A stretch of DNA of 55,833 nt, from the NCBI GenBank assembly GCA_001800815.1, contig MGWC01000018.1:1-55833 (forward strand), in the 5' to 3' direction. The notes beneath the pieces are model-generated. The model was not told the DNA's origin, did no database searches, and saw only the letters and a program-made list of their open reading frames with translations. Shown here piece by piece: positions 47,101-55,833 of this stretch. Numbering within the stretch: the first letter of the stretch is position 1; the number at the start of each line of letters is the position of its first letter. This DNA is from Euryarchaeota archaeon RBG_19FT_COMBO_56_21 (GTDB taxonomy: Archaea; Thermoplasmatota; Thermoplasmata; UBA10834). The position numbers were made by a program, and so were the translations under genes.

Positions 47101-50100
47101 GACGCAATCCTTCATCGCTTTCGACACGACGCGACTTCCGGACGACGCTCAAGTCGTCTCTGCGACACTGCATGCAACAGTCTCGAACTCCGAGTTCTCG
47201 ACAGACTTCGGGGTTCAAGTCTACAACACACACTATGGACCGAGCCTGACACCTGCGGATTGGGATGCACTCGGGACTTACCAGGGCACCATTGTAACGG
47301 CAAGCCAGGCGGCGGCGGGGCAGACGTATGGACTTGCAGTCATGCCTGGAGCAATCAATGTCAACGGCTACACGGAGTTTGTGCTCAAACCGTCCGTGAA
47401 CAAAACTGATGAAACGAATCTCGTCGTCTTCCTGGGATCGGAGTGGGGGGTCGGAGCGCAAGACTCCGGACTCGCGTTGGACATTCAGTACGTTACAAGA
47501 GGAGTTGCCTTCGGAACCAGTGCGACTTCAAGCGACTCTGACGCGGACGGCCTCGAGGACTACGAGGAATTGTTCGTCTACATGACGGGGCCGTGTTCAG
47601 AAGACACCGACTACGACCTGCTTAGCGATCAAGAGGAGGTTGTCTACTGGTCGTCGCAGGGCATGGACCCCGCGGTGGTGGACACAGACAATGATGGCAT
47701 GCGCAATATCGTCGACCCCGACAGCGACGGCGACAATCTCCCCGACGGATGGGAAATCCAGAACGGCTTGGATCCTGGAGCGCCTCTCACGCTTCCCGGT
47801 CCTCCGGAGATGCTCTGGGCAAACCCTGCCGACCAATGCATCTTCCTGTCATGGTACGAGCCGGTGAACAAGGGCGGTTCAGACATAATGCTGTACAGGA
47901 TCTATCGCTCTGAGGTATCCATGGCTGAGACCTTCCTTGCCGATGTGTCCGGAGACAGTCTCGAGTACACGGATACTGGACTCGTCAACGGCGTGTGGTA
48001 TTACTACCGGATCAGTGCAGTCAACCTGCTTGGTGAGGGTCCGTTGTCCTATGAGGTTTCCCGTGCGCCATGCAGGCCGCCGTCGGCACCTCTGAACTGC
48101 ATGGCATCTCCTGGCCAACTCAATGGCAGCGTTTTCGTCGAGTGGGATCCTCCCGCAGACGATGGAGGCAGCAGAATTCAAAGCTACGGGGTGTACATGA
48201 ACAACACCGAAGGCGAATTCGTTCTCCTTTACTACGTCAAAGCCGCCGCAAACGCGAACACCAAGATCAATCTTGTGAGAGGGGTCACGTACTACTTCAA
48301 GATCACAGCGGTGAACGTTGGAGGGGAGAGCCCATTCTCGAATGTTGCGTCTTCGGTTCCTGCTTGCGTGCCAACGCCTCCCAGAAACCTTCAGGCACAA
48401 GCGGGCGATTCGCAGGTCTACCTAACTTGGCTTCCTCCAGAGGACGATGGTGGCACACCAGTCTGGAGGTATATCGTGGGCAGAGGAACGGAACCGGGAG
48501 GGCTAGACGTCCTGTACTATCTGGACCTCTCCCTGGAATACACGGACTATGAAGTGACGAATGGAGTCACATACTACTACAGCGTGTATGCGGAGAATGG
48601 CATCGGATTTGGATACCGCAGCGAAGAAGTTGCCTGCATGCCATGTGCGACTCCTTCAGCGCCATTGGATTTCGTAGCAACTGGAGGGAACATGGTGATC
48701 GCACTTTCGTGGTCGCCCCCGGCTGATACGGGTGGAGTAGAGCTCTTCGGCTACAAGATCTTCAAAGGCCTTTCCTCCGGAGGCGAAGGAGAATTGATCA
48801 CTCTAGATGACACCATTCTGTCCTACGATGACTATGATGTCGACGCTGGCGTGCCATACTACTACTATGTCAAGGCGTACAACATAGCAGGACCGGGACT
48901 ACCGTCCGTCGAGCAAAGCGCAGTGGCCCTGGGAGTTCCAACGGCCCCGGTCAGCTTGACAGCGCAGCCCGGCAATGGGGTGGTCACTCTCGACTGGCTT
49001 CCGCCTGTGTCCGATGGTGGGACTAACATAACGCTGTACAAAATACTCAGACGAACCGGATCCAACCCAGTAAGCGAGATAGCCCAAGTCCCCTATTCCA
49101 CGACGCACTATGTCGACTCCGGACTTGGACAGAATCAGTTCTACTACTACAGCGTGAAAGCGGTAAACGCCCTGGGTGATGGACCAGCATGTGGAGAGGT
49201 CAGCGCACAGACCTGGACGACTCCATCAGCGCCGATAAATCCTCAGCTCACTCCGATGAGTACGTCAATATCGATCAACTGGACCAAGCCGGTCAGCACG
49301 GGTGGAGCGCAGTTGCTCGGCTATCGCATATTCAGGGGAGAGACGCCTGGAGGAGGTACGCAAGTGGGATCGGTTGGACCGCAGATATTCGTCTTCCTAA
49401 GTTCAGGGCTCTCGAGCACCAAGACCTACTACTTCAGAGTGGTCGCCTACAACGACGTTGGCTCTGGTACCGCTTGCACAGAGGTCAGCTCAAAGCCGCT
49501 TCGAACACCAACTGTCCCAACTGCCCCCCTCAATCTCGCCATGGTCCCCATCATCTTCGGAGAACACGGGATCAAGATGAAGTGGGAGGTGCCGATGTCG
49601 AACGGCGGCAACGCTGTGACTTCATATGTCATTCTCAGGAGTACTCTGGCGAACAAGGAAGTGCCAATTGCCACGATCGGCTCATCGGCCATCAGCTACA
49701 ATGACCTGAGCGTGACCGCTGGTACGCTGTACTACTACAAAGTGCGGGCGCACAACGCGAAAGGAGACGGCGCGCTGTCGAACGAGATCTCTGTCCGGGC
49801 GCCAACTGCGCTGCTCGCAGCATCGAAATCAAGTCTCCAGTCCGTCATGAAGGAAGATGCTGGCTCTCAACTGACTGAGATCAACGTGAATCATGCGACT
49901 CAGACGAGCAAATTGGGAAGCTACGCGACTCTGTCTAACGCGGAAGAGTGGCCGTATCTTGACGATGATGATGATGGCCTGGCCAACGGCGATGAAGGAT
50001 TTACCGATGGGGATGGCGACGGAATCACCTACTCCACCTCTCCGTTCTTTGCTGACACCGATGACGATGGCATAGATGACTTGGACGAAGTGAACTTCTG

Positions 50101-53100
50101 GACGTCGCTAAGAGTGCCGCCAGATGACTTGCCAATAAGGTACATCACCACCCAAGACAGCGACAATGACGGCTTGACTGATGGCGAGGAGAAGGAGTTC
50201 TTCGAGAAGTTGAAAGCTAATGACCCCTCGAGTCCCAGCGGTCCTGGGGACGACGTGGACCAGGACGGACTGATCAACATCCTAGACAGGGACAGTGACA
50301 ATGACGGCGTTTCCGACTCTGAAGAGATGATGCATTTCATTGGACAACCATTGGACCAGCTCTATGTTTTCGACCAGAACTACTACGGTTGGGACTTTCC
50401 GTGGGTCAGCTCGGGTACTGAGGTCAACATCCCCGTTGTAAACGGCATCCCTGCCCCAGTCAAAGGAGGCCAGCTGAAGATATCAGGAGTCGAGACAGGC
50501 GGAGGACTCTTCGGAGACAATTACAAGTACTACTCGAGCCTCCAATGGATCACCGGAGTTGCGACCGCAGACTTCAACGGAGATGGCAAGATCGACATCG
50601 TGGCGGTCAACGAAGCTGGCATGATCGCGTATCTGAGGAACAATGATAATACAGGCTTCATGCTGGTTCGGCTGATTGACCACCAGACAGGGAGCTTCTC
50701 AGGTATTTGCGCTGGTGACTTTGACAAGGATGGTAGGCCGGATCTGGCGGTAACTGATTTCGTCAACAACAAGGTATCTGTGTTCTTCAACAACGGAGAG
50801 GAGACCTTCGCATCTCCCGTGGACATCACGGTGGGACCCAAGCCCCTTCAAATCGTGTCTGGCCCTTCGGGAGATGTCTGGACCGCGAACAACGACGGCA
50901 CGACCGTCAGCAGGATAACCTTCTCGTCGCGGACCCCAACTCTCTGGAGCTACACTGTCGCTGACGGAGACAAGCCCAAAGACATCTACGTGGCTGTAAT
51001 GGATGGCGCAGGCACAATCGCGTTCCTGACAGCTAACACTGCGGACAAGACCGTATTCATGGGAGTGATGGCCGGCGACAATGTGATAATGCGAAGAACA
51101 CAACCGTTCACGGATTTCGAACCGAAGACAGTTGTGGCCTTGGATGTCAATGGCGGCGGAGTCAAGGATATCGTAGTGACGGATCGCTGGGGCAACCTAT
51201 GCACAATATACCAGTACCCCTCTTTGGGCGACTTCCTGACACCCGTGTTCAAGGAACGCCCAGACGATATGCCCCCAAATGTGGTGGATGCGCAGGCCGC
51301 AGACCTGGATCAGGACAGCTTCGATGACCTGGTTTATGTGGAAGACAGCCAGTGGTCCACGATTCGCCGTCACTTGAACCCCTTGGGAGGTGGCCTTGGA
51401 CAGAACTTCTACAACAAGGCTTTCGAGACCACGCCGATGCCCTCAGCACTGGCCATGGCGGACGTCACGGGAGATGGGTACCCTGACGCGATAATAGGCC
51501 ACTACTGGACTGAGAACACACTCGAGGTTCGTCCCGACGGCATGTTCCCAGACACTCCTTACATCAACATCTATCCTGGGATCTTGCCTCTCAATGAGTC
51601 TATTTTCAACCACGACGGGCCGTATTCCGGCACGGTCACGATATCCAACTTCTATGACTATCTGCTGGATTACCTCGAGAGGCACCCCATGATAACTGAC
51701 GGGTACGATGGTGATGTAGACGGGCGCATAACTCTCACCCTGTTTTTCCACGTACTTGGGCCAGGAAGCCTAAAGATCGAGTCTCCGGACATCGGCCGAG
51801 ACTTCTTCACGATGGACCCTTTCAATGATGACATGGATGGAGACGGGTTCAAAGACGGTGAGGAGATACGCACCTGGGGCACTGACCCGCGCATGGACGA
51901 TACGGACAATGACGGGCTGAGCGACTCTGTGGAGGCTGCCTACTGGCAGAGCGAAGGCGTTTCGATATTCTCCAACGATGACAAGGACTGCTACGAGAAC
52001 CTACTGCTAGATCCGGACTGCGATAATGACGGACTCTACGACTCTGAAGAAATCGCCCGAGGGACAGATCCGTTGAAAGCTGACACGGACTCAGACGGAC
52101 TGGAGGATTACCTTGATCTATCGCCGAGCCGGAACCCGCCATCCGACGCCTTGCAGTGGACAACGCAGTACCAAGCGGGCATGCTGCGTATCACTCAGGA
52201 TATCGACACGCTGTATTTCTTCAAAGCGAGGGCCATGAAACTGGACAACGGAGCAGTAATCTACACCGGTGATTGGAACGATCAGAAAGAGGTGAAGACA
52301 GCCTGGCCCATGGATGAGGATGTCAAAGCGGACATCGAGGAGAACAATCCAGACTATGAAGTGAAATCGCAGACACGGAACACCTTCATGTTCCCCGAGA
52401 CGACCCTCTCGACAACCTACGGCGGAGACCACCGATACAACTATCGGTTCGACTACGAGGTCGCGAGCAGGAATGATACGGTGACGCTGGCCAACAGAAA
52501 CGCGATGCCGTACGAAGGCCAGTCCTATGCGCTGGCGAAGATCGGCGTCATACCGAACGTCGACACATCCATCGTCCTGCAGCTCAGAATAAACCGAAAC
52601 GACTGGACGACGTATGTAGATCAGGACAGGTTCGTTCTCCCAGGCTTCTGCTTCGCACTATACGAACACGGTAATTTCCAGGACCCCGCGAATGTCCCGT
52701 TGTACAGCTACATGGCGACTGGGACTCCTCTCGGAGGAAATTACTACCAGTTTGAGCTGAGGCTACCAAAGGAATATCTGATAACCGACAACCTAGTCCA
52801 GGAAGCCAGTGGCGACTGGACCGCCTTCCTCTACCTGTGCCCGAAATGGATCAGCAAGGCATACGGACCCGCGTTCTACTCGAACTGGGACCCCGCAACC
52901 TTCTCCTTGTGCGCAGCCGTTGAGAAGGTTCCACAGGGAAGCAATGCGGTATACGTTAGGCAAACTGAGGACCTCGACTCGATTGTGGCCGCGCTTCCGG
53001 GCAGCTACGATGGACTCAACGGAGGACCCTACTACTACGGAGCGTACAAGATCTATGTCAGGAATCTGATGATGGGAGGGAGTTTCGATCCTGCTGTGAT

Positions 53101-54160
53101 CACAGACCTGAGCTATGACGCGATTGTGATAGTAGGCTATTCTGCCAACGAGGTCCGCGCTGAAGAGGCGACGATTGACTGGGGCACAGTGGACGATGGC
53201 TGGTACGTGCCAACGATAGACGACTACGGCGACGCAGACATACTGAAGGATGCTATCGACGCAAGAGCCGAAGCCTTCGACCTGACATACAAGAGAGCTG
53301 TCGCCTGGTGGACGATCTCACCGGCAACGCTGAGAGTTCGCCAGCACGTACCTCTATACGAATCGCACGTCACCATGCTCAGACGAGTTGCGGATGGCGA
53401 TGGCAATTCTCTTACCATAGGCTACCAGCGAGACCAGTACCTCGACGCCGTGATTGAGTCAGATATCCCGATCACGATTGCGACCAGGCATGTGGAGAGG
53501 CAGCAGACTGGCGATCCGGACAAATTCCTCCTCGATCCGGTCAAGTACGACAGAATCAAGATCGGACTAACTGGGGCGCAACTCGGGGCAACCGTGGTTT
53601 GCGACGGCCACAGTGCATTCCTGGCGTTCAGGGACGGAAACGTTGTGAGAGGGCTGGCGTACATGCTGGAAGGCGGAGTGGACGCCTATACAGAGGTAAG
53701 AACCGTCCAGACCGCGCTGAACGGCATGAAAGTGCCCGACTGGTGGGGGAATGCCGCCACGATAGCGGTAGGGGCCATTGAGATCGGATATGACGCCTAC
53801 GAGTACTTCAACACGAACGACGAGATGCTCAAGCTGGCGTACACAGAGAAGATATTCGCGACTGCGATTGACACGGGGATTTCGCTCATTCCCGGCGGAG
53901 CGATTGTCGGCTTCACTTGGTCTGCGACGATAGCCTTCATGTCATGGGCGGTACCCGACCCAATGGCGAAGAAAATATGCGGATCGATTGGAACGTTTGT
54001 CGTATTCATCTCCGAGTACTACTTCGGTACGAAGATGATACCTTCGACGTTCGCGACCAGCGCATATGAAGTGCACGCGCTGTGGCTATACGATGAGGCA
54101 GTGAGACGCAACAACAACAACGATGTGACCAGGATATACCTGCCCCCTGAGGACAAGTGA
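44192..54160 (+). CDS. 3,322-aa exported multidomain surface protein (beta-helix, NHL-like propeller, TSP3-like Ca-binding repeats, CBM96/DNRLRE-like domain, 7 FN3, FG-GAP propeller, hydrophobic helical C-terminus)
   Basis: Signal peptide; DxDxDG..D..E repeats in four blocks; QSFIAFD...LP....V.SATL; seven P..P..L....W..P...GG....Y.....Y.Y.V.A.N repeats; five D(F/V/L)xxDGxxD FG-GAP motifs. Confidence 0.92.
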   Translation: MRSTKVYSLAVCMLMVFIVLESSGTVSPETPAPWVVTGTESRENEFLQVFNDIIVESGGVLTITSCQLEMVDPGNSVGIDIEVKQGGTLNIIGCDLYGNLDALYGQTYYDFVVNGRLTASESTFANIGGVGPVGGLQIYSSDVTLYACLMRDSPSSGVYVKNAAPSLEEVITLNTVYGYYFDGDVQNTALSTFADGDTQERRTLIGASSSSDISLSLPSGARISSAEIRLQGSFHQPTVAAGSPYSGGFAKGMGIDAGWWFRYWDPGQWERGIYAADDTKGLLLMYDLTNPYVLVPITMPNQNLGYDLTNPVDATSDGSYAYVIDGAHVDKFTARPDGGGSYIETYSYGLKSPQALDFGEGQVYVADGVNKVKALYTGTTISTNIAKAMDIAVHDGRIYVVDSNTHIDVLTTDGTHLFTISDSMTKPISIDVEDMIYVIDDTRTTDELVVFGLDGSFVCRTSASLSGPKGVTVDDGGHVFVQDATTHMDVFDKGFPLNPKIDIGSDGDFEWTYNGFFSTSVVLNGDNSAIVEELQSCIDESSTSTANIPITIQCDATGEFTISDVLITYSMNTDVQSCLAFNNVYGMMFEDSSSVRCSDIRVRHNTQGIHLVNSGPTIQDSSIEFNTNYDMYLEDAVYPTLVNVIYDGQKVYLPTTADSDGDGLQDAVEVFKTKTNPALSDTDGDGFADGLEVSAGADPLSPTDMGPDDDCDLLGILMEIQLGTSPTDSDTDGDGISDGVEHYFLASNPLDFDTDGDGLGDGIEKSFGLDVNLPDSDSDGVQDGTEIAWSSDSDGDGKINALDSDSDGDTLLDGAEITLGTDPLVLDTDNDLLNDSAEKGFWDSLGGLSLVDSDNDGFPNVRDIDSDNDCLRDGQESRLWWTADSDSDLIPNVLDGDSDDDGISDGEEVLGEQIGGTISIEGADWAGVENRDGMAKWTYDPIAGSAVVSESIDEIYLSVGTWTDGTQASSTQSFIAFDTTRLPDDAQVVSATLHATVSNSEFSTDFGVQVYNTHYGPSLTPADWDALGTYQGTIVTASQAAAGQTYGLAVMPGAINVNGYTEFVLKPSVNKTDETNLVVFLGSEWGVGAQDSGLALDIQYVTRGVAFGTSATSSDSDADGLEDYEELFVYMTGPCSEDTDYDLLSDQEEVVYWSSQGMDPAVVDTDNDGMRNIVDPDSDGDNLPDGWEIQNGLDPGAPLTLPGPPEMLWANPADQCIFLSWYEPVNKGGSDIMLYRIYRSEVSMAETFLADVSGDSLEYTDTGLVNGVWYYYRISAVNLLGEGPLSYEVSRAPCRPPSAPLNCMASPGQLNGSVFVEWDPPADDGGSRIQSYGVYMNNTEGEFVLLYYVKAAANANTKINLVRGVTYYFKITAVNVGGESPFSNVASSVPACVPTPPRNLQAQAGDSQVYLTWLPPEDDGGTPVWRYIVGRGTEPGGLDVLYYLDLSLEYTDYEVTNGVTYYYSVYAENGIGFGYRSEEVACMPCATPSAPLDFVATGGNMVIALSWSPPADTGGVELFGYKIFKGLSSGGEGELITLDDTILSYDDYDVDAGVPYYYYVKAYNIAGPGLPSVEQSAVALGVPTAPVSLTAQPGNGVVTLDWLPPVSDGGTNITLYKILRRTGSNPVSEIAQVPYSTTHYVDSGLGQNQFYYYSVKAVNALGDGPACGEVSAQTWTTPSAPINPQLTPMSTSISINWTKPVSTGGAQLLGYRIFRGETPGGGTQVGSVGPQIFVFLSSGLSSTKTYYFRVVAYNDVGSGTACTEVSSKPLRTPTVPTAPLNLAMVPIIFGEHGIKMKWEVPMSNGGNAVTSYVILRSTLANKEVPIATIGSSAISYNDLSVTAGTLYYYKVRAHNAKGDGALSNEISVRAPTALLAASKSSLQSVMKEDAGSQLTEINVNHATQTSKLGSYATLSNAEEWPYLDDDDDGLANGDEGFTDGDGDGITYSTSPFFADTDDDGIDDLDEVNFWTSLRVPPDDLPIRYITTQDSDNDGLTDGEEKEFFEKLKANDPSSPSGPGDDVDQDGLINILDRDSDNDGVSDSEEMMHFIGQPLDQLYVFDQNYYGWDFPWVSSGTEVNIPVVNGIPAPVKGGQLKISGVETGGGLFGDNYKYYSSLQWITGVATADFNGDGKIDIVAVNEAGMIAYLRNNDNTGFMLVRLIDHQTGSFSGICAGDFDKDGRPDLAVTDFVNNKVSVFFNNGEETFASPVDITVGPKPLQIVSGPSGDVWTANNDGTTVSRITFSSRTPTLWSYTVADGDKPKDIYVAVMDGAGTIAFLTANTADKTVFMGVMAGDNVIMRRTQPFTDFEPKTVVALDVNGGGVKDIVVTDRWGNLCTIYQYPSLGDFLTPVFKERPDDMPPNVVDAQAADLDQDSFDDLVYVEDSQWSTIRRHLNPLGGGLGQNFYNKAFETTPMPSALAMADVTGDGYPDAIIGHYWTENTLEVRPDGMFPDTPYINIYPGILPLNESIFNHDGPYSGTVTISNFYDYLLDYLERHPMITDGYDGDVDGRITLTLFFHVLGPGSLKIESPDIGRDFFTMDPFNDDMDGDGFKDGEEIRTWGTDPRMDDTDNDGLSDSVEAAYWQSEGVSIFSNDDKDCYENLLLDPDCDNDGLYDSEEIARGTDPLKADTDSDGLEDYLDLSPSRNPPSDALQWTTQYQAGMLRITQDIDTLYFFKARAMKLDNGAVIYTGDWNDQKEVKTAWPMDEDVKADIEENNPDYEVKSQTRNTFMFPETTLSTTYGGDHRYNYRFDYEVASRNDTVTLANRNAMPYEGQSYALAKIGVIPNVDTSIVLQLRINRNDWTTYVDQDRFVLPGFCFALYEHGNFQDPANVPLYSYMATGTPLGGNYYQFELRLPKEYLITDNLVQEASGDWTAFLYLCPKWISKAYGPAFYSNWDPATFSLCAAVEKVPQGSNAVYVRQTEDLDSIVAALPGSYDGLNGGPYYYGAYKIYVRNLMMGGSFDPAVITDLSYDAIVIVGYSANEVRAEEATIDWGTVDDGWYVPTIDDYGDADILKDAIDARAEAFDLTYKRAVAWWTISPATLRVRQHVPLYESHVTMLRRVADGDGNSLTIGYQRDQYLDAVIESDIPITIATRHVERQQTGDPDKFLLDPVKYDRIKIGLTGAQLGATVVCDGHSAFLAFRDGNVVRGLAYMLEGGVDAYTEVRTVQTALNGMKVPDWWGNAATIAVGAIEIGYDAYEYFNTNDEMLKLAYTEKIFATAIDTGISLIPGGAIVGFTWSATIAFMSWAVPDPMAKKICGSIGTFVVFISEYYFGTKMIPSTFATSAYEVHALWLYDEAVRRNNNNDVTRIYLPPEDK
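47795..49800 (+). repeat. Seven tandem fibronectin type III domains
   Basis: Seven protein-level repeats with conserved W, GG, Y and AxN positions; diverged at the DNA level. Confidence 0.88.
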
Positions 54161-54199
54161 GCAATCACTTCATCCCAAACCCTTTGTCCAAAACCTTTC
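54155..54199 (+). repeat. 45-bp direct repeat, right copy
   Basis: AAGTGAGcAATCACTTCaTCCCAAACCcTTtGTCCAAAACCtTTC; includes the stop codon of the giant gene and is followed by a T tract. Confidence 0.9.
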
Positions 54200-54299
54200 C
54201 TTTTTGCTTCTGCCTGCAGATTTCTCCATCGTCACTCTCCGTGATGGGTTGTACTTTCGTTGACCTGCCAGCAAGCTCTTAGTTAAAGCGCATGATTTC

Positions 54300-54665
54300 A
54301 TGACGTTGATCTCCATGAGAATCGAGGATGTCAAGACTGAGCAAGACGTGAAGGAGTTCCTGAAGGACAGCCCCAAGTTCGCGACGGCTGTCTACCTCGT
54401 GACGTACAAGATGCCGTACGGAAAGGTCTGCACGTACGGGCGGGTCGCGAAACTGATCGGGAAACCTGGGGCATCCAGGGCGGTTGCCAACACCTTGCAC
54501 AACAATCCACTGTTCCCCGTCGTTCCTTGTTGGAGGGTTGTCAAAGCTGATGGGGGGTTCGGCGGGGATCCCAAGGCAGCAGCTGGTAGAAGAGGGCGTG
54601 TCCAGAGCGAGGGCGTTCGCATAAGAGATGGAAAGGTCGTCATGAATAGCGATGTGCTCTACTGA
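54300..54665 (+). CDS. MGMT/Ogt-family alkyltransferase (C-terminal domain only)
   Basis: PYGKVCTYG.VA.LIG.PGASRAVANTL..NP....VPCWRVV...G..GG. Confidence 0.88.
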   Translation: MTLISMRIEDVKTEQDVKEFLKDSPKFATAVYLVTYKMPYGKVCTYGRVAKLIGKPGASRAVANTLHNNPLFPVVPCWRVVKADGGFGGDPKAAAGRRGRVQSEGVRIRDGKVVMNSDVLY

Positions 54666-54925
54666 CATCTCATCGTGATACAGATCCCAGGTTGTTTCCG
54701 ACTTTGTGCCCATGCGGAGAAGCATGTATGTTTCCGCAGAGGCAGATATCATTAGTGGCGGCACCGCCACGCACTTGGGGCACACTTCGGGAATCAGCTT
54801 GACTTCCGATTTTCGCTCGTCCGCCAGTCAAATGATTGCTGCCCTCAGCTATGTCGTTTCTTATGGAAAGCCTGCTCTGGCTCTACCGTACATTGGGCAA
54901 AGATATTTAGTCCCAAGGCAATTCC

Positions 54926-55642
54926 GTGCCACAAGGGTTGGTCTGGAGGGTCGGGAACACGGAATGCCCCAAGTGCGGCACGCACAACCTTGAGAGCGCG
55001 GAGCTCTGTAGGATTTGCGGAAACCCATTGCGAATCAATAAGGGACCTACCGGTCCCACAAGAAGCTGTCCATACTGCAAAACCGAGAACGACCTCGAGG
55101 CACCTTTCTGTTTAGGATGCAACAGACTCCTTTCAACGATGACCGGAAAAGCGCCCAAGAAAGAGAAGAAGAGCAAGGCGGAGAAGTATTACGATCGTAC
55201 CTACGCAGACTACTCCGCGTCCGGCCTCAGGACCGCAAGGCTCGGACTTGCGGGGATCATTTTCATCATGGTCAGCTTCTTCGTTTTCGCGGACATAGCT
55301 TTCACATTGGGGATCGGTTGGGAGGCAGCTCAGAGCCAGGAGTGGGAAGAACTCGAACGAGAGAATCCTACGCTCAAGGCAGCGATATCGAACCTGGTTG
55401 TCTGTCAGGTGATCAGAGTCGTCTTCGTATGTCTTGCGCTCCTCGGAGGCGTTGCTGCTGTACGGAAAGTGCAGTTCGGATTTGCAGTCACAGGAGGGGT
55501 GTTCGCGATACTCTCATTGATGACGGGCGTTCTGGCATTGCTTTTCGGGTGGTGGCTCATCCTGACCGGGATACTGTTCCTTGCTGCGATCCTCGGCCTG
55601 GTTCTGGTGATCATCTCCAGGCGCGAGTTCATGTTGGAATGA
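54926..55642 (+). CDS. Double zinc-ribbon membrane protein
   Basis: CPKCG..N...C..CG and CPYC..EN...C..C motifs, then four TM helices. Confidence 0.78.
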   Translation: MPQGLVWRVGNTECPKCGTHNLESAELCRICGNPLRINKGPTGPTRSCPYCKTENDLEAPFCLGCNRLLSTMTGKAPKKEKKSKAEKYYDRTYADYSASGLRTARLGLAGIIFIMVSFFVFADIAFTLGIGWEAAQSQEWEELERENPTLKAAISNLVVCQVIRVVFVCLALLGGVAAVRKVQFGFAVTGGVFAILSLMTGVLALLFGWWLILTGILFLAAILGLVLVIISRREFMLE

Positions 55643-55713
55643 GAAATATCAGATTGGGACCCGGACTCCGGGGAAGCTGCACGACTCGGATCGGACTCGC
55701 TCCAGGAGAGGTA

Positions 55714-55719
55714 TTTATA
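55714..55719 (+). promoter_or_regulatory. TATA box of the tRNA-Leu gene
   Basis: TTTATA about 30 bp upstream of the mature 5' end. Confidence 0.55.
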
Positions 55720-55749
55720 CGGGGGCTGTAATCGTCTGACCGCCACGAT

Positions 55750-55833
55750 GCAGGGATAGCCAAGCCTGGTCAACGGCGCTAGATTCAGGGTCTAGTCGCG
55801 CAGGCGTCCGCCGGTTCAAATCCGGCTCCCTGC
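55750..55833 (+). tRNA. tRNA-Leu (anticodon CAG)
   Basis: Acceptor stem GCAGGGA/TCCCTGC; anticodon arm CTAGA-TTCAGGG-TCTAG (CAG at 55786-55788); long variable arm; T arm GCCGG-TTCAAAT-CCGGC. The window ends before the discriminator base. Confidence 0.96.

Noticed and set aside
54680-54830. Possible frameshifted small zinc-finger ORF on the minus strand (CPKC ... CLCG in different frames)
   Set aside because: It needs an assumed indel, has no clear start, and the long frame runs antisense through the alkyltransferase gene.

Overview
Chromosomal segment of an archaeon (archaeal uS15, fibrillarin, stand-alone Kae1, OCD-type alanine dehydrogenase, archaeal GlmM/GlmU, TATA-type promoters, tRNA-Leu(CAG)). 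Gene content fits Thermoplasmata best; this is an inference with no database search behind it. Housekeeping genes are interrupted by two large accessory blocks. (1) 11257-24040, minus strand: a polymorphic toxin locus. A ~2,850-aa signal-peptide-bearing Rhs/YD-repeat protein ends in an HNH-like tip and is followed by its immunity gene and two silent orphan toxin-immunity cassettes (AHH/DUF2380-like and PD-(D/E)XK nuclease tips). Two different direct repeats chain the cassettes: 95 bp links the main gene to cassette 2, and 212 bp links cassette 2 to cassette 3. No T6SS or PAAR genes are in the window. (2) 44192-54160: a 3,322-aa exported protein with nested domain insertions (beta-helix, two propellers, Ca-binding repeats, 7 FN3), bracketed by a 45-bp direct repeat. 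Smaller oddities: an AsnB paralogue and a sensor kinase with degenerate catalytic motifs, an unannotated 28-aa zinc-finger ORF, an NAD kinase whose natural start is ACG, and an alkyltransferase with a PCWR motif. Family names come from motif recognition and need HMM or structure confirmation.
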